64,000 nucleotides of DNA from an uncultured Hyphomicrobiales bacterium (GCA_964465945.1 CAYXMM010000002.1:66691-130690), one strand, 5' to 3'; counted from the first letter of the stretch, positions 29,953-40,142 are shown. A program made the numbers and translations. Notes: generated by a model not told the origin, from the letters alone.

Positions 29953-30797
29953 TATTTACCTCTTGAATTACCACCACGTGAATTACCACCTCTTGAGTTA
30001 CCACCACGATTGTTACCTGAGTTAGTATTTCTATTTGTGTTTGAATTAGAATTTCTTGGCTCTGATACGTTGGAGTTTCCTCTATTATTTGAATTTGTAT
30101 TATAGTTTGGTTGAGAATATGATGGCTCAGAACTTTCTCTTCGGCTACTATTATTATTATTGTTTCTATTGCCGTATCTTACTTCATAGTTTTCACCTCT
30201 TTTGAATACATTTTCGCCGTTTGAAGTGTATCTTGTGGTTCTCGGATTATATTCTCTTGGGTTTGTAATTGTGTTATCGGTTCTTCTTGGATTATAGACT
30301 GAATAATTATCCCTTGAATTTCCGAAGTTTCTTTGGCTATTTTTAATAGGTCTATCTGTGTAAGAATTGCCTGAATTTGGTAACCAATATCTATTATGAT
30401 AATGATTATCATACCAATGTTGTTGCCAAGTAACTCCATAATAAGGGTGATAGGAATACCAAGGCGAGTACCATTCAGGTCCCCAATAGTTAGAGTAATA
30501 TCCATAAAATCCATATCTGCTTCTTGGAGTATTTCCCCAGCCGTAATAACCATTCCACCAAGGAACAATAACAGGAACATAGTTTGTTCCTAAATTTTGG
30601 TTGTTACTCAAGTTTTGTTTTGAATTTTGTTGATTATTTTGGTCAGACATTGGGTTTACCCAGCCATTATCATCATAATCCTCTTCGTCCTCAACAACAT
30701 CTTGACTATTACTGTAACCATAATATGGGTTATCGTAGTTATAACTTGTGCAAGCACCTAAAATTAATGTGAATGATATTAGATATAAGTATTTCAT
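29952..30797 (-). CDS. low-complexity Y/W/N/R/G-rich lipoprotein with C-terminal GGNSR tandem repeats
   Basis: Lipobox LILGAC; extreme aromatic/Asn composition; 15-bp DNA tandem repeats at ~29958..30020 encoding (GGNSR)n. Confidence 0.6.
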   Translation of the reverse strand: MKYLYLISFTLILGACTSYNYDNPYYGYSNSQDVVEDEEDYDDNGWVNPMSDQNNQQNSKQNLSNNQNLGTNYVPVIVPWWNGYYGWGNTPRSRYGFYGYYSNYWGPEWYSPWYSYHPYYGVTWQQHWYDNHYHNRYWLPNSGNSYTDRPIKNSQRNFGNSRDNYSVYNPRRTDNTITNPREYNPRTTRYTSNGENVFKRGENYEVRYGNRNNNNNSSRRESSEPSYSQPNYNTNSNNRGNSNVSEPRNSNSNTNRNTNSGNNRGGNSRGGNSRGGNSRGK

Positions 30798-30936
30798 TTT
30801 ATCACCTCTTATTGTTTATTTTATAAACGCAAAAGCGTTTAGTTTAGTTTCAATTAATTCATTAGAAATTAATTAATTTTTAAGAAATATTTTAGAAATT
30901 TAAGTTTTTAAGAATTTTATTAAATTTTGTTTAATT

Positions 30937-31806
30937 TTGACTTTTAAATTTAATGAAAAATTAATGAAATATTGTGTTTTAGTTTTCTTTTTACTTTTAG
31001 CTTGTAATCAAACACAAGGGCAAAGGGAAAGTGAAATAAGTAGCGAGGTACATAAAGGTAGTGAACTAAAGCAAGAAAGTGATGTTCAACAAAAAAAAGA
31101 ACTTAAACAAGATTCGCTTAAATTTGAGTTTGAAGTTATTGATGAAATTTATCATAATCCTGTTTTTTATACTCAAGGGTATATTTTCTTAAATGGATAT
31201 TTATATGAATCTATAGGACAATACGGGCATTCTGCTTTACATAAAATTGACCCAAATACAGGTAAATCGTTGAAAGAGACAAAAGTTGGATTTCGATATT
31301 TTGCTGAAGGTTTAGAAGTTTTAGATGACAAATTGTTTCTTTTAACATGGAAAAATGAAGTTTGCAAGGTTTATGATATTGAAACATTCTCAGAAGTAAG
31401 TGAATTTCCTTATGTAGGGGAGGGATGGGGACTTTGTGAAATTAATAATCTTTTTTATATGTCTGATGGTTCTGATAAAATTCAAATTAAAGAACCAAAT
31501 TCATTTTCAACGATTGAGAAATTTAGCATAACCGGTGAAGATAATTTACCTTTAAATGATATAAATGAGCTTGAATATGCGAAGGGATATATTTTTGCTA
31601 ATATTTGGATGACTGATAAAATAGCAATAATTGACCCAAATAAAAAAGAGTTAGTTAAGATTTTGGATTTTTCTGTTTTAAGAAAAAGATTGAAAAACAA
31701 CCCTAACGCAGAATCTTTTAACGGAATTGCTTATAACCCGAAAGAAGATATTTTTTATTTAACTGGTAAATATTGGAATAAAGTTTTTAAAGTTAAAATT
31801 AAATAA
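30937..31806 (+). CDS. glutaminyl-peptide cyclotransferase (plant/bacterial-type glutamine cyclotransferase)
   Basis: ...FYTQGYIF...LYESIGQYGHSALHKIDPNTGK... matches the QC beta-propeller family pattern (FTQGL...ESTGLYG.S). Confidence 0.8.
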   Translation: MTFKFNEKLMKYCVLVFFLLLACNQTQGQRESEISSEVHKGSELKQESDVQQKKELKQDSLKFEFEVIDEIYHNPVFYTQGYIFLNGYLYESIGQYGHSALHKIDPNTGKSLKETKVGFRYFAEGLEVLDDKLFLLTWKNEVCKVYDIETFSEVSEFPYVGEGWGLCEINNLFYMSDGSDKIQIKEPNSFSTIEKFSITGEDNLPLNDINELEYAKGYIFANIWMTDKIAIIDPNKKELVKILDFSVLRKRLKNNPNAESFNGIAYNPKEDIFYLTGKYWNKVFKVKIK

Positions 31807-32906
31807 TGTCAAAGAAGACAGATAAATACTATATAAATAAATGTTTGAAATTAGCTAAAAAGGGGAGAGGTTATGTATCTCCTAATCCCCTTGTTGGTGC
31901 TGTCATTGTAGAAAATGATAAGATAATCTCAACGGGTTTTCATCACAAAATAGGTGAAAATCACGCGGAGAGGGATGCTATTAGTAAACTTCCAGAGGAT
32001 TTTGACTTCTCAAATTCTACAATTTATATTAATCTTGAACCATGCACTCATTTTGGAAAAACTCCTCCATGTTGCGATTTATTAATAGGAAAGAAATTTA
32101 AAAAAGTAGTTTTTGCAATGCAAGACCCAAACCCTAAAGTTGCTGGAAATAGTATTGATAAATTTAAAGAAAATAACATAGAAGTTGCGTTTGGAATTTT
32201 AGAAAAAAAAGCAAAGTTTTCGAATAGGTTTTTTATTAAGCATATTCAATCTAAAAAGCCATATATAATAGTTAAAGTTGCACAGACAATAAATGGAAAA
32301 ATTGCTTCTTTCAGTAATGAATCTAAATGGATAAGTTGTAAAAAATCAAGAAAAGATGTGCACAAGTTGCGAAGTAAAGTTGATGCGGTTTTAGTTGGGA
32401 CAGGAACAATTAGAAATGATGCTCCTAAACTTGATGTGAGGTTAGTTAAAGGTCGAAATCCTTTAAGAATTTTGTTGCTAAGTGATTTGAATATTGATAG
32501 GGCGCTTTTGTTTAATGAAGAAAATAAAGGTAAAACAATTATAGTTTTTGCTAAAAATAAATATAGTTCAGAGCAAAAAAGTAATATTTCAAGTGAAGTT
32601 AGGGTAATTGAAGTGTCTGAAGAGAATGGGAAATTAAATTTAGAAGAACTATTTGAAATTCTTGGAAATGAAGGAATAAATTCAATTTTAGTTGAATCTG
32701 GCGCAGGATTGAGTTCATATTTATTAGATAAAAACTTAATTGATGAGTTAATCATATACCAATCGGCTAAGATTTTAGGAAAAGGCAAAGCTCTTTTTGA
32801 TAGTTTAGAAATCGAAAATCCAAACCAAATTAAACCATTTACTTTGCATAAATCAAAAAAAATAGGTGATGATTTAAAGTTAGTTTATTTAAGAAATCAT
32901 TTATAG
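31806..32906 (+). CDS. ribD: bifunctional riboflavin biosynthesis deaminase/reductase
   Basis: HAERDAI and EPCTHFGKTPPC cytidine-deaminase zinc motifs, plus a C-terminal reductase domain. Confidence 0.9.
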   Translation: MSKKTDKYYINKCLKLAKKGRGYVSPNPLVGAVIVENDKIISTGFHHKIGENHAERDAISKLPEDFDFSNSTIYINLEPCTHFGKTPPCCDLLIGKKFKKVVFAMQDPNPKVAGNSIDKFKENNIEVAFGILEKKAKFSNRFFIKHIQSKKPYIIVKVAQTINGKIASFSNESKWISCKKSRKDVHKLRSKVDAVLVGTGTIRNDAPKLDVRLVKGRNPLRILLLSDLNIDRALLFNEENKGKTIIVFAKNKYSSEQKSNISSEVRVIEVSEENGKLNLEELFEILGNEGINSILVESGAGLSSYLLDKNLIDELIIYQSAKILGKGKALFDSLEIENPNQIKPFTLHKSKKIGDDLKLVYLRNHL

Positions 32907-34846
32907 AATATTAATTTTTCTGTAAAAATTGAATTATTCAACTTATAATTTATAAAATAAACTCCTTCTATTAAATTTAGATTTTTTAAATCAATTCTAT
33001 TCAGTGAATTTATATTTTCAAAAACAACTTCACCAAGTAAGTTTGTGATTTGAATGTAATTAACATTTCTTCCGAAATTAATTTCGCCATTTGTTGGATT
33101 AGGATAAATGTGAATGCTCAAAATATCATCGATAGAGTTAAATTTATCGCCTCTCACGCCAATTGATTCTTCAAAGTAGTATCCTTGATTGTTTTCGATT
33201 TTCTCAATAGACTTTAAAATAAATTCTGGCTCGCCAGCGAAGTCCTGCTGTATTTCAAAATTATTATTTCTTATCCATTCAGTATTTAAAAGCGTGTAGA
33301 ATTGATGAGTATTATCCTTGTAATAAATATTATATGCAAAACTTTTCGAATTGTTTTTCCAACTGAATTGATAGGTGTTTTCAGTTTTTGCAACTTCAAA
33401 ATTTTCAGCCATTTCAGGATAATACATTTTTAATGTAGGGTCACCTATTAATGTTTGATGAACTGTTCGGTTCATCGATGGTGAAGCGTTTGATTCTAAT
33501 GCTCCATTTGTAGAAAAAGTATGGCAATAACCTATTGTTTTACCAACTCCTAAAAAGAGAGTATAGAAGTAAGGGCGGCAACCCCAACGGCTTGTAAGTG
33601 CCATTGGCTCACTAGCAATTATAGACCGCATTATATTGTTTTGACTCGCCCATTCGCAAGCACGCGAACCAAAAGGAACTGTAAAGACACTATTGAAATT
33701 TTGCTTTGCAATGTCTTCTGCATAGACTATATCGTAGATATTATCAACTGCACCTGGTGCAGCACCCCAAAAAAACAAGTATTCTTCGCTATCCATTATT
33801 TGTCTTGATTTTTTCCAAACATAGTTGTTTTCTCCAAATATTGCACTATAATTTATCATCGCTTCTGTAGGGAACCTTTCGATATATCCGTCGTCGAAGC
33901 CATAATCCATAATTGCGTTGTTACTCGGTCTAACTTGTCCTTTTCTAAAATTAATATCTTTTTGAAAATATCTTTTTAATAATTCAACTTCACTTTCTTT
34001 AAAAAAAGTTAAGTTATACATATCTATGCGACCAACATTGAAGACTACGCTTTGAGGTAAATATCCATTATCGAACTTCCCATCTCCAGCAATGTTTTTA
34101 TGATAAGAAAATAAAAAGGGATTGTTTGTATCGCTTTCAAAATCAGTCCAATTTCCGCCAATAGTACCATAATATAAATCTGTGGGCCACGCTCCAAAGC
34201 TTTCATCTGTGTGACCGTCAGGTGTATAATGCCCTGACATTGCGAAGGCAACTCTTCCGATAATGATAATATTTTCTAAGTCGTTATGTGTATTATAATA
34301 GGATACAATTATATCTTTCGTTTCAATTACTTTTTTCGGGTTAAAATCTTCACTTCTTGGAGCAAGTCGAAAATCGCAATTAATTCCGCTAAGTTTTAAT
34401 ATATCAATGTATTTTTCAAGTTCTGGTCTTATCTCTGGATAAATCATTTCATCTACGAGGATCAATGTTTTACCTACATATTGTATTTTATTTTGTCTAC
34501 TAATTAGCTTGTATCCATAAGCGTTAATTTTTTGGTTCGTGTCTGTGCTTGACCTTTCTAATTTGAGAAGACCGAGTTCGATGTTTTTTGGATAATCGCA
34601 ATTCCAAACTTTATTTTCCGATAATTGCAAATCAGCAAGAACTATTGTGTTTCCGTTGTACAAATTATAAATTGTAGTTGAAATATAATTCAAAAGAGTA
34701 TCTTTTTTCAATGTTAAATTGAGTTGATAGTTTTCTAAATTGTTATTTGTATCTATAGTAAATTCAGGATAAGTGTAGAATTTCTTAAGAAATTGAGCGT
34801 TAAGAGTTAGTCCTGAAATTATTCCAATAAGTATAAGTAGTTTCAT
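32897..34846 (-). CDS. secreted protein of unknown function with T9SS C-terminal sorting domain
   Basis: Signal peptide; C-terminal IYPNPTNGEINF...GVYFINYK. Confidence 0.6.
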   Translation of the reverse strand: MKLLILIGIISGLTLNAQFLKKFYTYPEFTIDTNNNLENYQLNLTLKKDTLLNYISTTIYNLYNGNTIVLADLQLSENKVWNCDYPKNIELGLLKLERSSTDTNQKINAYGYKLISRQNKIQYVGKTLILVDEMIYPEIRPELEKYIDILKLSGINCDFRLAPRSEDFNPKKVIETKDIIVSYYNTHNDLENIIIIGRVAFAMSGHYTPDGHTDESFGAWPTDLYYGTIGGNWTDFESDTNNPFLFSYHKNIAGDGKFDNGYLPQSVVFNVGRIDMYNLTFFKESEVELLKRYFQKDINFRKGQVRPSNNAIMDYGFDDGYIERFPTEAMINYSAIFGENNYVWKKSRQIMDSEEYLFFWGAAPGAVDNIYDIVYAEDIAKQNFNSVFTVPFGSRACEWASQNNIMRSIIASEPMALTSRWGCRPYFYTLFLGVGKTIGYCHTFSTNGALESNASPSMNRTVHQTLIGDPTLKMYYPEMAENFEVAKTENTYQFSWKNNSKSFAYNIYYKDNTHQFYTLLNTEWIRNNNFEIQQDFAGEPEFILKSIEKIENNQGYYFEESIGVRGDKFNSIDDILSIHIYPNPTNGEINFGRNVNYIQITNLLGEVVFENINSLNRIDLKNLNLIEGVYFINYKLNNSIFTEKLIFYK

Positions 34847-34900
34847 AGTTTCTTTTAATTTTGGTAAATTTGATATTTATATAACAAGCTAACTTAAAAA

Positions 34901-36163
34901 ATGTTGCAAAAAAAGGACGAAATAGTTATTCAAAAGTTTGGTGGAACTTCAATTGGAACTCCTAAGAATGTTAAAAATATAATTAAAATATTAAATAGTC
35001 AAAATAAAAAACAAATAGTTGTGTTATCAGCTTTTGCAAAAGTTACAGATTTATTATTTGAAATTACGTTTTTAATTAAAAGTAGGCAATACGAAGACTC
35101 TTTAAAATTATTAAGTAGGTTGTATAATATTCATTCTGATTGGGCGAAAGAATTAGCTGAATCACAATATGTTTTAGATAAATTGAATGCTCAAATCGAC
35201 CAGATTTTAGAGCAAATAAGAACAATAATTCAGGGAATTCAAATAATAGATGAGATGAGTGAAAATGTGGAGAAGAGAATTATCGCTTTTGGGGAGATTT
35301 TGTCAAGTTCGTTATTTTTTATTTTAGTTGCTGATAGTAATAAAGATACTGTGTTTTTAAATGCAGTAGAAGTGGTTGTAAAAGATGATGACGTAATTAA
35401 CATAAATTCAGAAACAATATTTGAATGTTTAGAAGAGAATGAGGTTGTGATTACTCAAGGATTTATTTGTCTCGAAAAAGGTAAAATTTCAAATTTAGGT
35501 AGAGGGGGTAGTGATTATACTGCTGCACTAATTGGTGCTGAACTTAATGCTTATTCAATAAATATTTGGACAGATGTCGATGGAATTTTAACAGCATCTC
35601 CAAAGATTATTGAAGATGCTAAATGTTTAGATTTTATTTCATTTAATCAAGTTCGAGCATTGGCTAAGTATGGTGCGAAAGTAGTTCATCCTGATACTAT
35701 CTTACCTGCTATGAAAAAGAATATTGAAGTGAGAGTGTTGAATACGTCAAATCCAGACTTTGCAGGAACTAAAATTTCAAATTTACAGCAAACTAAGAAG
35801 TTTTCAATCTCAATGATTCAGAATGTTTCATTTATAGAAGTAAAAAGGAATGAAGATAGTGAGTATTTTTCGAATATTGTTAAAGTATTGAAAAATATTT
35901 CAATTAATAAATTTACTATTTTAGAGGTAATAAGTAACATTGATAATACTTTAATTTATTATTCAAAGGATAATGAAAAATCTTCTAAATCAATAATTTG
36001 TATAATTAATCCTGATATAAATTTGATAGCAAATATTTTAAAGCAACAAGATTATATTTATATTGCTACTGATAAAACTTTAAAAATATTTATTGATACC
36101 GATATTTCAGAAAAATTATTAAATTTGATTTATCAAAAATTAAAAACTACTTTAAAATTATGA
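34901..36163 (+). CDS. aspartate kinase
   Basis: QKFGGTSIGT amino-acid-kinase N-terminal motif; ACT-like C-terminal region. Confidence 0.75.
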   Translation: MLQKKDEIVIQKFGGTSIGTPKNVKNIIKILNSQNKKQIVVLSAFAKVTDLLFEITFLIKSRQYEDSLKLLSRLYNIHSDWAKELAESQYVLDKLNAQIDQILEQIRTIIQGIQIIDEMSENVEKRIIAFGEILSSSLFFILVADSNKDTVFLNAVEVVVKDDDVININSETIFECLEENEVVITQGFICLEKGKISNLGRGGSDYTAALIGAELNAYSINIWTDVDGILTASPKIIEDAKCLDFISFNQVRALAKYGAKVVHPDTILPAMKKNIEVRVLNTSNPDFAGTKISNLQQTKKFSISMIQNVSFIEVKRNEDSEYFSNIVKVLKNISINKFTILEVISNIDNTLIYYSKDNEKSSKSIICIINPDINLIANILKQQDYIYIATDKTLKIFIDTDISEKLLNLIYQKLKTTLKL

Positions 36164-37137
36164 CAAATAGAGATTCAAATGATTATTACGAGTTAGCGGA
36201 ACATGATTTAGTTCAAAAAATTGTGTTTTTTACTTTATATATAGTTTCTGCATATTTAGTTTTTAGCTTGTTTCTTCCTGTTTTAGAAAACTTTTTCAAT
36301 CATTATTTAGCAGGTATAGTAATGAACGATGGTGAAAAAGTTAATTATTTGTTAGAGAAAAAAGAAGATTTAAGAAGTACAAGTTATTATTTTAATTGGG
36401 CAATTGATATTTATCAAGGGACTCCACAAGAGGGGAGATATTGGCTTAATCCAATATTATCTTTAATAATTCCTTGTTCGTTTTTTGGTCTATTTGTATC
36501 TTTTATAATATCTGCTTTACTTCCTAAGTCATTTGGTTTTATAAATCAAAAAATTACAAGAGAAATAGCCGCTGAAATTGACAAGCTCACTTTAAAAGCA
36601 TCTGGACTACATAGCACAAGTGAGAAAGAGAAAATTGAAAAGATGTTAGTTGATGCGGATATTAGAGATATTCACGATTATGAACGGACTTGGGGTATGC
36701 CTGTTGATGATATTATTTCATTACGTGATGCATTGCAATGGCGAAATGGTGGTGTTAGTAGTTTGAAATGGTTTATCAAAGCGATAAAATTTTATATGAA
36801 GTTTTATGTAACTAAAAAGTATTCAAATTTTATTTTAGGGCTTGTTTATTTTGGAGCGGCGATATTAATTATTATTATTGGATTAAGAGGATTAAAATTT
36901 ATTCCAGCCCAAGAGCCATCACTTGTGTTTTTTTCGCTTGGACTCGAATTTTGCTTGCTTGTAACTTATGCAATTACATTGATGTTCGGTAAAGATGACA
37001 ATGAGGTTGCTAATATAGACTTAGAAAAAGGAAGTTCTGATAGGTTATTGCTGGGACGTGAGTTCTCTTCTGGAAAAGAAACGGAAGAATTACTTAAAAT
37101 GTTTATTGTTGAAAATGAGAAGGAAAGTTCTAAATGA
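36160..37137 (+). CDS. hypothetical membrane protein
   Basis: Several TM segments. ATGA overlaps with both neighbours (aspartate kinase upstream, coaD downstream). Confidence 0.55.
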   Translation: MTNRDSNDYYELAEHDLVQKIVFFTLYIVSAYLVFSLFLPVLENFFNHYLAGIVMNDGEKVNYLLEKKEDLRSTSYYFNWAIDIYQGTPQEGRYWLNPILSLIIPCSFFGLFVSFIISALLPKSFGFINQKITREIAAEIDKLTLKASGLHSTSEKEKIEKMLVDADIRDIHDYERTWGMPVDDIISLRDALQWRNGGVSSLKWFIKAIKFYMKFYVTKKYSNFILGLVYFGAAILIIIIGLRGLKFIPAQEPSLVFFSLGLEFCLLVTYAITLMFGKDDNEVANIDLEKGSSDRLLLGREFSSGKETEELLKMFIVENEKESSK

Positions 37138-37607
37138 GTGTAAAAAAAGCAATTTATGCTGGGACATTTGACCCCATTCACAACGGGCATATTGATGTGA
37201 TTGAGCGTGCATCAAAAATGTTTGATGAAGTGATTGTAGTTTTGGCGGTTAACTCAAAAAAAACTCATTTATTTAGTGAAGATGAAAGAATAATGATGAC
37301 AAGAGATGCTTTATCTCAAATTAAAAATGTAAATGTGATGTTTTATTCAGGGCTTATCGCAAATCTTGCAAATGAAACTGAATCAGTTGCGTTAATTCGA
37401 GGTTTAAGAACTGTAACGGATTTTGAATATGAGCTACAAATTGCTTTAATGAATAGGAAACTTAGCGATATTCCAACAATATTTATGATGCCACACGAAA
37501 AATATTCTTATTTAACTTCAAGCATAATTCGAGAATTATCAAGATATAATCAAGATGTTTCCGAATTTGTTACACCTTTAGTTAGTCGAATGTTAAAAGA
37601 GAAGTGA
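37134..37607 (+). CDS. coaD: phosphopantetheine adenylyltransferase
   Basis: AIYAGTFDPIHNGHID nucleotidyltransferase motif; 157 aa. Confidence 0.95.
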   Translation: MSVKKAIYAGTFDPIHNGHIDVIERASKMFDEVIVVLAVNSKKTHLFSEDERIMMTRDALSQIKNVNVMFYSGLIANLANETESVALIRGLRTVTDFEYELQIALMNRKLSDIPTIFMMPHEKYSYLTSSIIRELSRYNQDVSEFVTPLVSRMLKEK

Positions 37608-37633
37608 TGATTGTTTTGATTTCAATTAACAAA

Positions 37634-37667
37634 CAAAGCCCAACAATTTCTTGCTGGGCTTTTGTTT
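37634..37667. terminator. bidirectional terminator between coaD and the convergent E2 gene
   Basis: AGCCCAaca...tgcTGGGCT hairpin with flanking T/A runs. Confidence 0.7.
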
Positions 37668-37682
37668 ATAATTTATGAATAA

Positions 37683-39458
37683 TTATAGCTGAATTGTACT
37701 GTCGTTTAATGATTCTAAGAAATCAACAGCGTTTTTAAGGGCTTTGCCTGCTAATATTCCGTCGATTACTCTGTGGTCATAAGTTATTGACATATACATT
37801 ATATGTCTTATTACGATTGCGTCTTCTCCATTTAATTCTCTTACAACTGCTTGTTTTTTGATTGCTCCAACTCCAAAGATTACGCATTGTGGTTGGTTTA
37901 TAACAGGTGTACCGAATAATGTTCCGAATGTTCCAACATTTGTTAGTGTGATTGTTCCACCCATAATGTTATCTGGGTCAAGTTTTTTGTTTCTTGCTCT
38001 TGTTGCTAAGTCAGTGATTGAACGTTGTAAGCCAGTTAAGCTTAGTCCATCTGCTGATTTAACAACTGGAACAATTAAGTTTCCGTCTGGTAGCGCTGTT
38101 GCAATTCCAATGTTTGTGTTTCTGTGTTTGAGGATATTTGTTCCGTCAACGCTAACGTTAATCATTGGGTTTTGTCTTACTGCTTCTGCAACTGCTTGTG
38201 CGAAGAAAGAAGTGTAAGTTAGTTTGATGCCTTCTTTTGCTTCAAATGAATTTTTATATTTTTCTCTAAATTTCACTAAGTTTGTAACATCAACTTCTGC
38301 AACAGATGTAACGTGAGCTGAAGTTCTTTTTGACATAACCATGTGCTCAGAGATTAATTTTCTCATTCTATCCATTGGAATGACGTCGTAATTACCACCA
38401 ACATAAGAAGGTGCTGCCGCTTGTTGAACTGGTGCAGGAGCAGGAGCTGGGGCAGATACAACAGGAGTAGGAGCTTGAACTGGCGTTGGAGCAGGAGTAA
38501 CTACTTGAGGAGCAGGAGCTTGTGCTGGCTGACTTCCTCTTGAATTGATGTAATTCATTAAATCGTCTTTTGTTACTCTACCTTCAATGCCTGTACCATT
38601 AATTGACATTAATTCTTCTAAGGATATTTTTTTGTCGGATGCAATTTCTCTTACTAAAGGTGAGAAGAATTTGCCATCTTTTGTTCTTGGAATTTCATAA
38701 GTTGTTCCAGAAACTTGCGCTGTTGGTGCTGAGTAAGTTTGTGCTACTGGTGCTTGTGCGACTACAGGAGTAGGTGCAGGTGCAGAAACAACAGGCGCAG
38801 GTGTTGCAATAGAGCCACCAGTAGAAATTCTTGCTATTGGAGTTCCAACTTCTACTGTTTGTTCTTCTTGAACTAAGATTTCTGAAATTGTTCCTGAAAC
38901 TGGAGAAGGCACTTCAGTATCCACTTTATCAGTTGAAATTTCGAGAATCATTTCATCTCTTTCTACTACATCGCCAACTTGTTTTAACCATTTAATAATT
39001 GTTCCTTCTTGTAAAGATTCACCCATTTTAGGCATAACAACATCAATTGTGTTGCCACCACTAACTGGAACAGGCGCTGAAGCAGGTGTCGGAGCTACTA
39101 CTGGTGCAGGCGCAGGTGTTGGAGCTACTACTGGTGCAGGCGCAGGTGTTGGTTCAACTACTGGTGCAGGAGTAGCAACTGGTGTAGCAACTGGTGTTGG
39201 AGCAGCTGGCGAAGCACTTGCATCAGTTTCAATAATTGCAATTGGAGTTCCAACTTCAACAGTTGTATCCGCAGGCACTAAAATTTTATATAAGATACCG
39301 GATTGAGGTGAAGGCACTTCAGTATCAACTTTATCTGTCGAGATTTCAAGGATCATTTCGTCTCTTTCAATTTTATCGCCCTCTTTCTTCATCCAATTTA
39401 TTATCGTCCCTTCTTGGAGTGATTCTCCCATTTTGGGCATTACGACTTCAACTTGCAT
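37683..39458 (-). CDS. 2-oxo-acid dehydrogenase E2 (dihydrolipoamide acyltransferase) with two lipoyl domains
   Basis: Two near-identical lipoyl domains (VVMPKMGESLQEGTI...EISTDKVDTEVPSP), Ala/Pro linkers, a subunit-binding domain and a C-terminal catalytic domain (DHRVIDG). AGGAG Shine-Dalgarno site upstream. Confidence 0.9.
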   Translation of the reverse strand: MQVEVVMPKMGESLQEGTIINWMKKEGDKIERDEMILEISTDKVDTEVPSPQSGILYKILVPADTTVEVGTPIAIIETDASASPAAPTPVATPVATPAPVVEPTPAPAPVVAPTPAPAPVVAPTPASAPVPVSGGNTIDVVMPKMGESLQEGTIIKWLKQVGDVVERDEMILEISTDKVDTEVPSPVSGTISEILVQEEQTVEVGTPIARISTGGSIATPAPVVSAPAPTPVVAQAPVAQTYSAPTAQVSGTTYEIPRTKDGKFFSPLVREIASDKKISLEELMSINGTGIEGRVTKDDLMNYINSRGSQPAQAPAPQVVTPAPTPVQAPTPVVSAPAPAPAPVQQAAAPSYVGGNYDVIPMDRMRKLISEHMVMSKRTSAHVTSVAEVDVTNLVKFREKYKNSFEAKEGIKLTYTSFFAQAVAEAVRQNPMINVSVDGTNILKHRNTNIGIATALPDGNLIVPVVKSADGLSLTGLQRSITDLATRARNKKLDPDNIMGGTITLTNVGTFGTLFGTPVINQPQCVIFGVGAIKKQAVVRELNGEDAIVIRHIMYMSITYDHRVIDGILAGKALKNAVDFLESLNDSTIQL

Positions 39459-39939
39459 AGATATCTCCTAATAAATTCTAATAATTTTAATTTTCACAAA
39501 ATAATTTTCTAAATTAACCAAAAATTGCAACATTTACAATAGGTTTGTTATGAACTTTGCTGAGTGTTTATTTTTTTGTATTATTTGCACAACTTTTATA
39601 GATATTGATTTTCAAAATTATTATTTGTTTATACTTTGATATATTCAATTGTTTTTATTTTATTTTTAAAATATGAGTTTTTGAGTATTTTTTTTATATT
39701 TTTTGCAGATTCTGGGCGTTTTTGGTTTTTTTTAAAATCGTGTAAATAATTAAAATAAAAATAGTTATAAGATATGTGTAAAAAAAATGTCGTTTTCGTC
39801 TGCAAGAAAATGTACTCGATAAAATTAAAAATATATTGTATAAAATGGAAAATATATTCAACAAAATAGAAAAAATTTGGGCAAAAAAAATGGTTTTTAA
39901 TTTTGTGATTTGAAACCTTTTGAAGGGTAATACATTAAT

Positions 39940-40142
39940 GGCATGTCGCTACTACGGAGTTTTTTTATTTCACTAAAGCCGATGTGATTTGGGTTTTGAT
40001 GAATGGGCTGAAGCCCTATCCTATTGATTTATCCAAATTTTATTGTTGCTTTCCACCTACCCCTACTCAACGATTTTGATTTATTTAAATTAGAAAAACT
40101 ACGTAGTAGTTTAATATCAATAGTATTAGAAATATAAATGAG
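39940..40142. repeat. REP-like imperfect repeats flanking the 3' side of the RAYT gene
   Basis: Contains CTACTACGGAG, GGGCTGAAGCCCTATCCTATTGATTT, TTCCACCTACCCCT...ATTTTGATTT and AAAAACTACGTAGTAGTTTAATATCAATAG. Each has a partner on the other flank or elsewhere in the window. Confidence 0.55.

Noticed and set aside
30179-30772. ORFs 30179..30580(-), 30396..30593(+), 30584..30772(+) overlapping the Y/W-rich lipoprotein gene
   Set aside because: Alternative frames of a low-complexity repeat-rich gene. The lipoprotein frame has a lipobox signal peptide and translational coupling to the next gene.
39049-39306. Gly/Ala-rich 85-aa ORF on plus strand
   Set aside because: Antisense to the Ala/Pro linker of the E2 gene, an expected artefact of GC-rich repeats.
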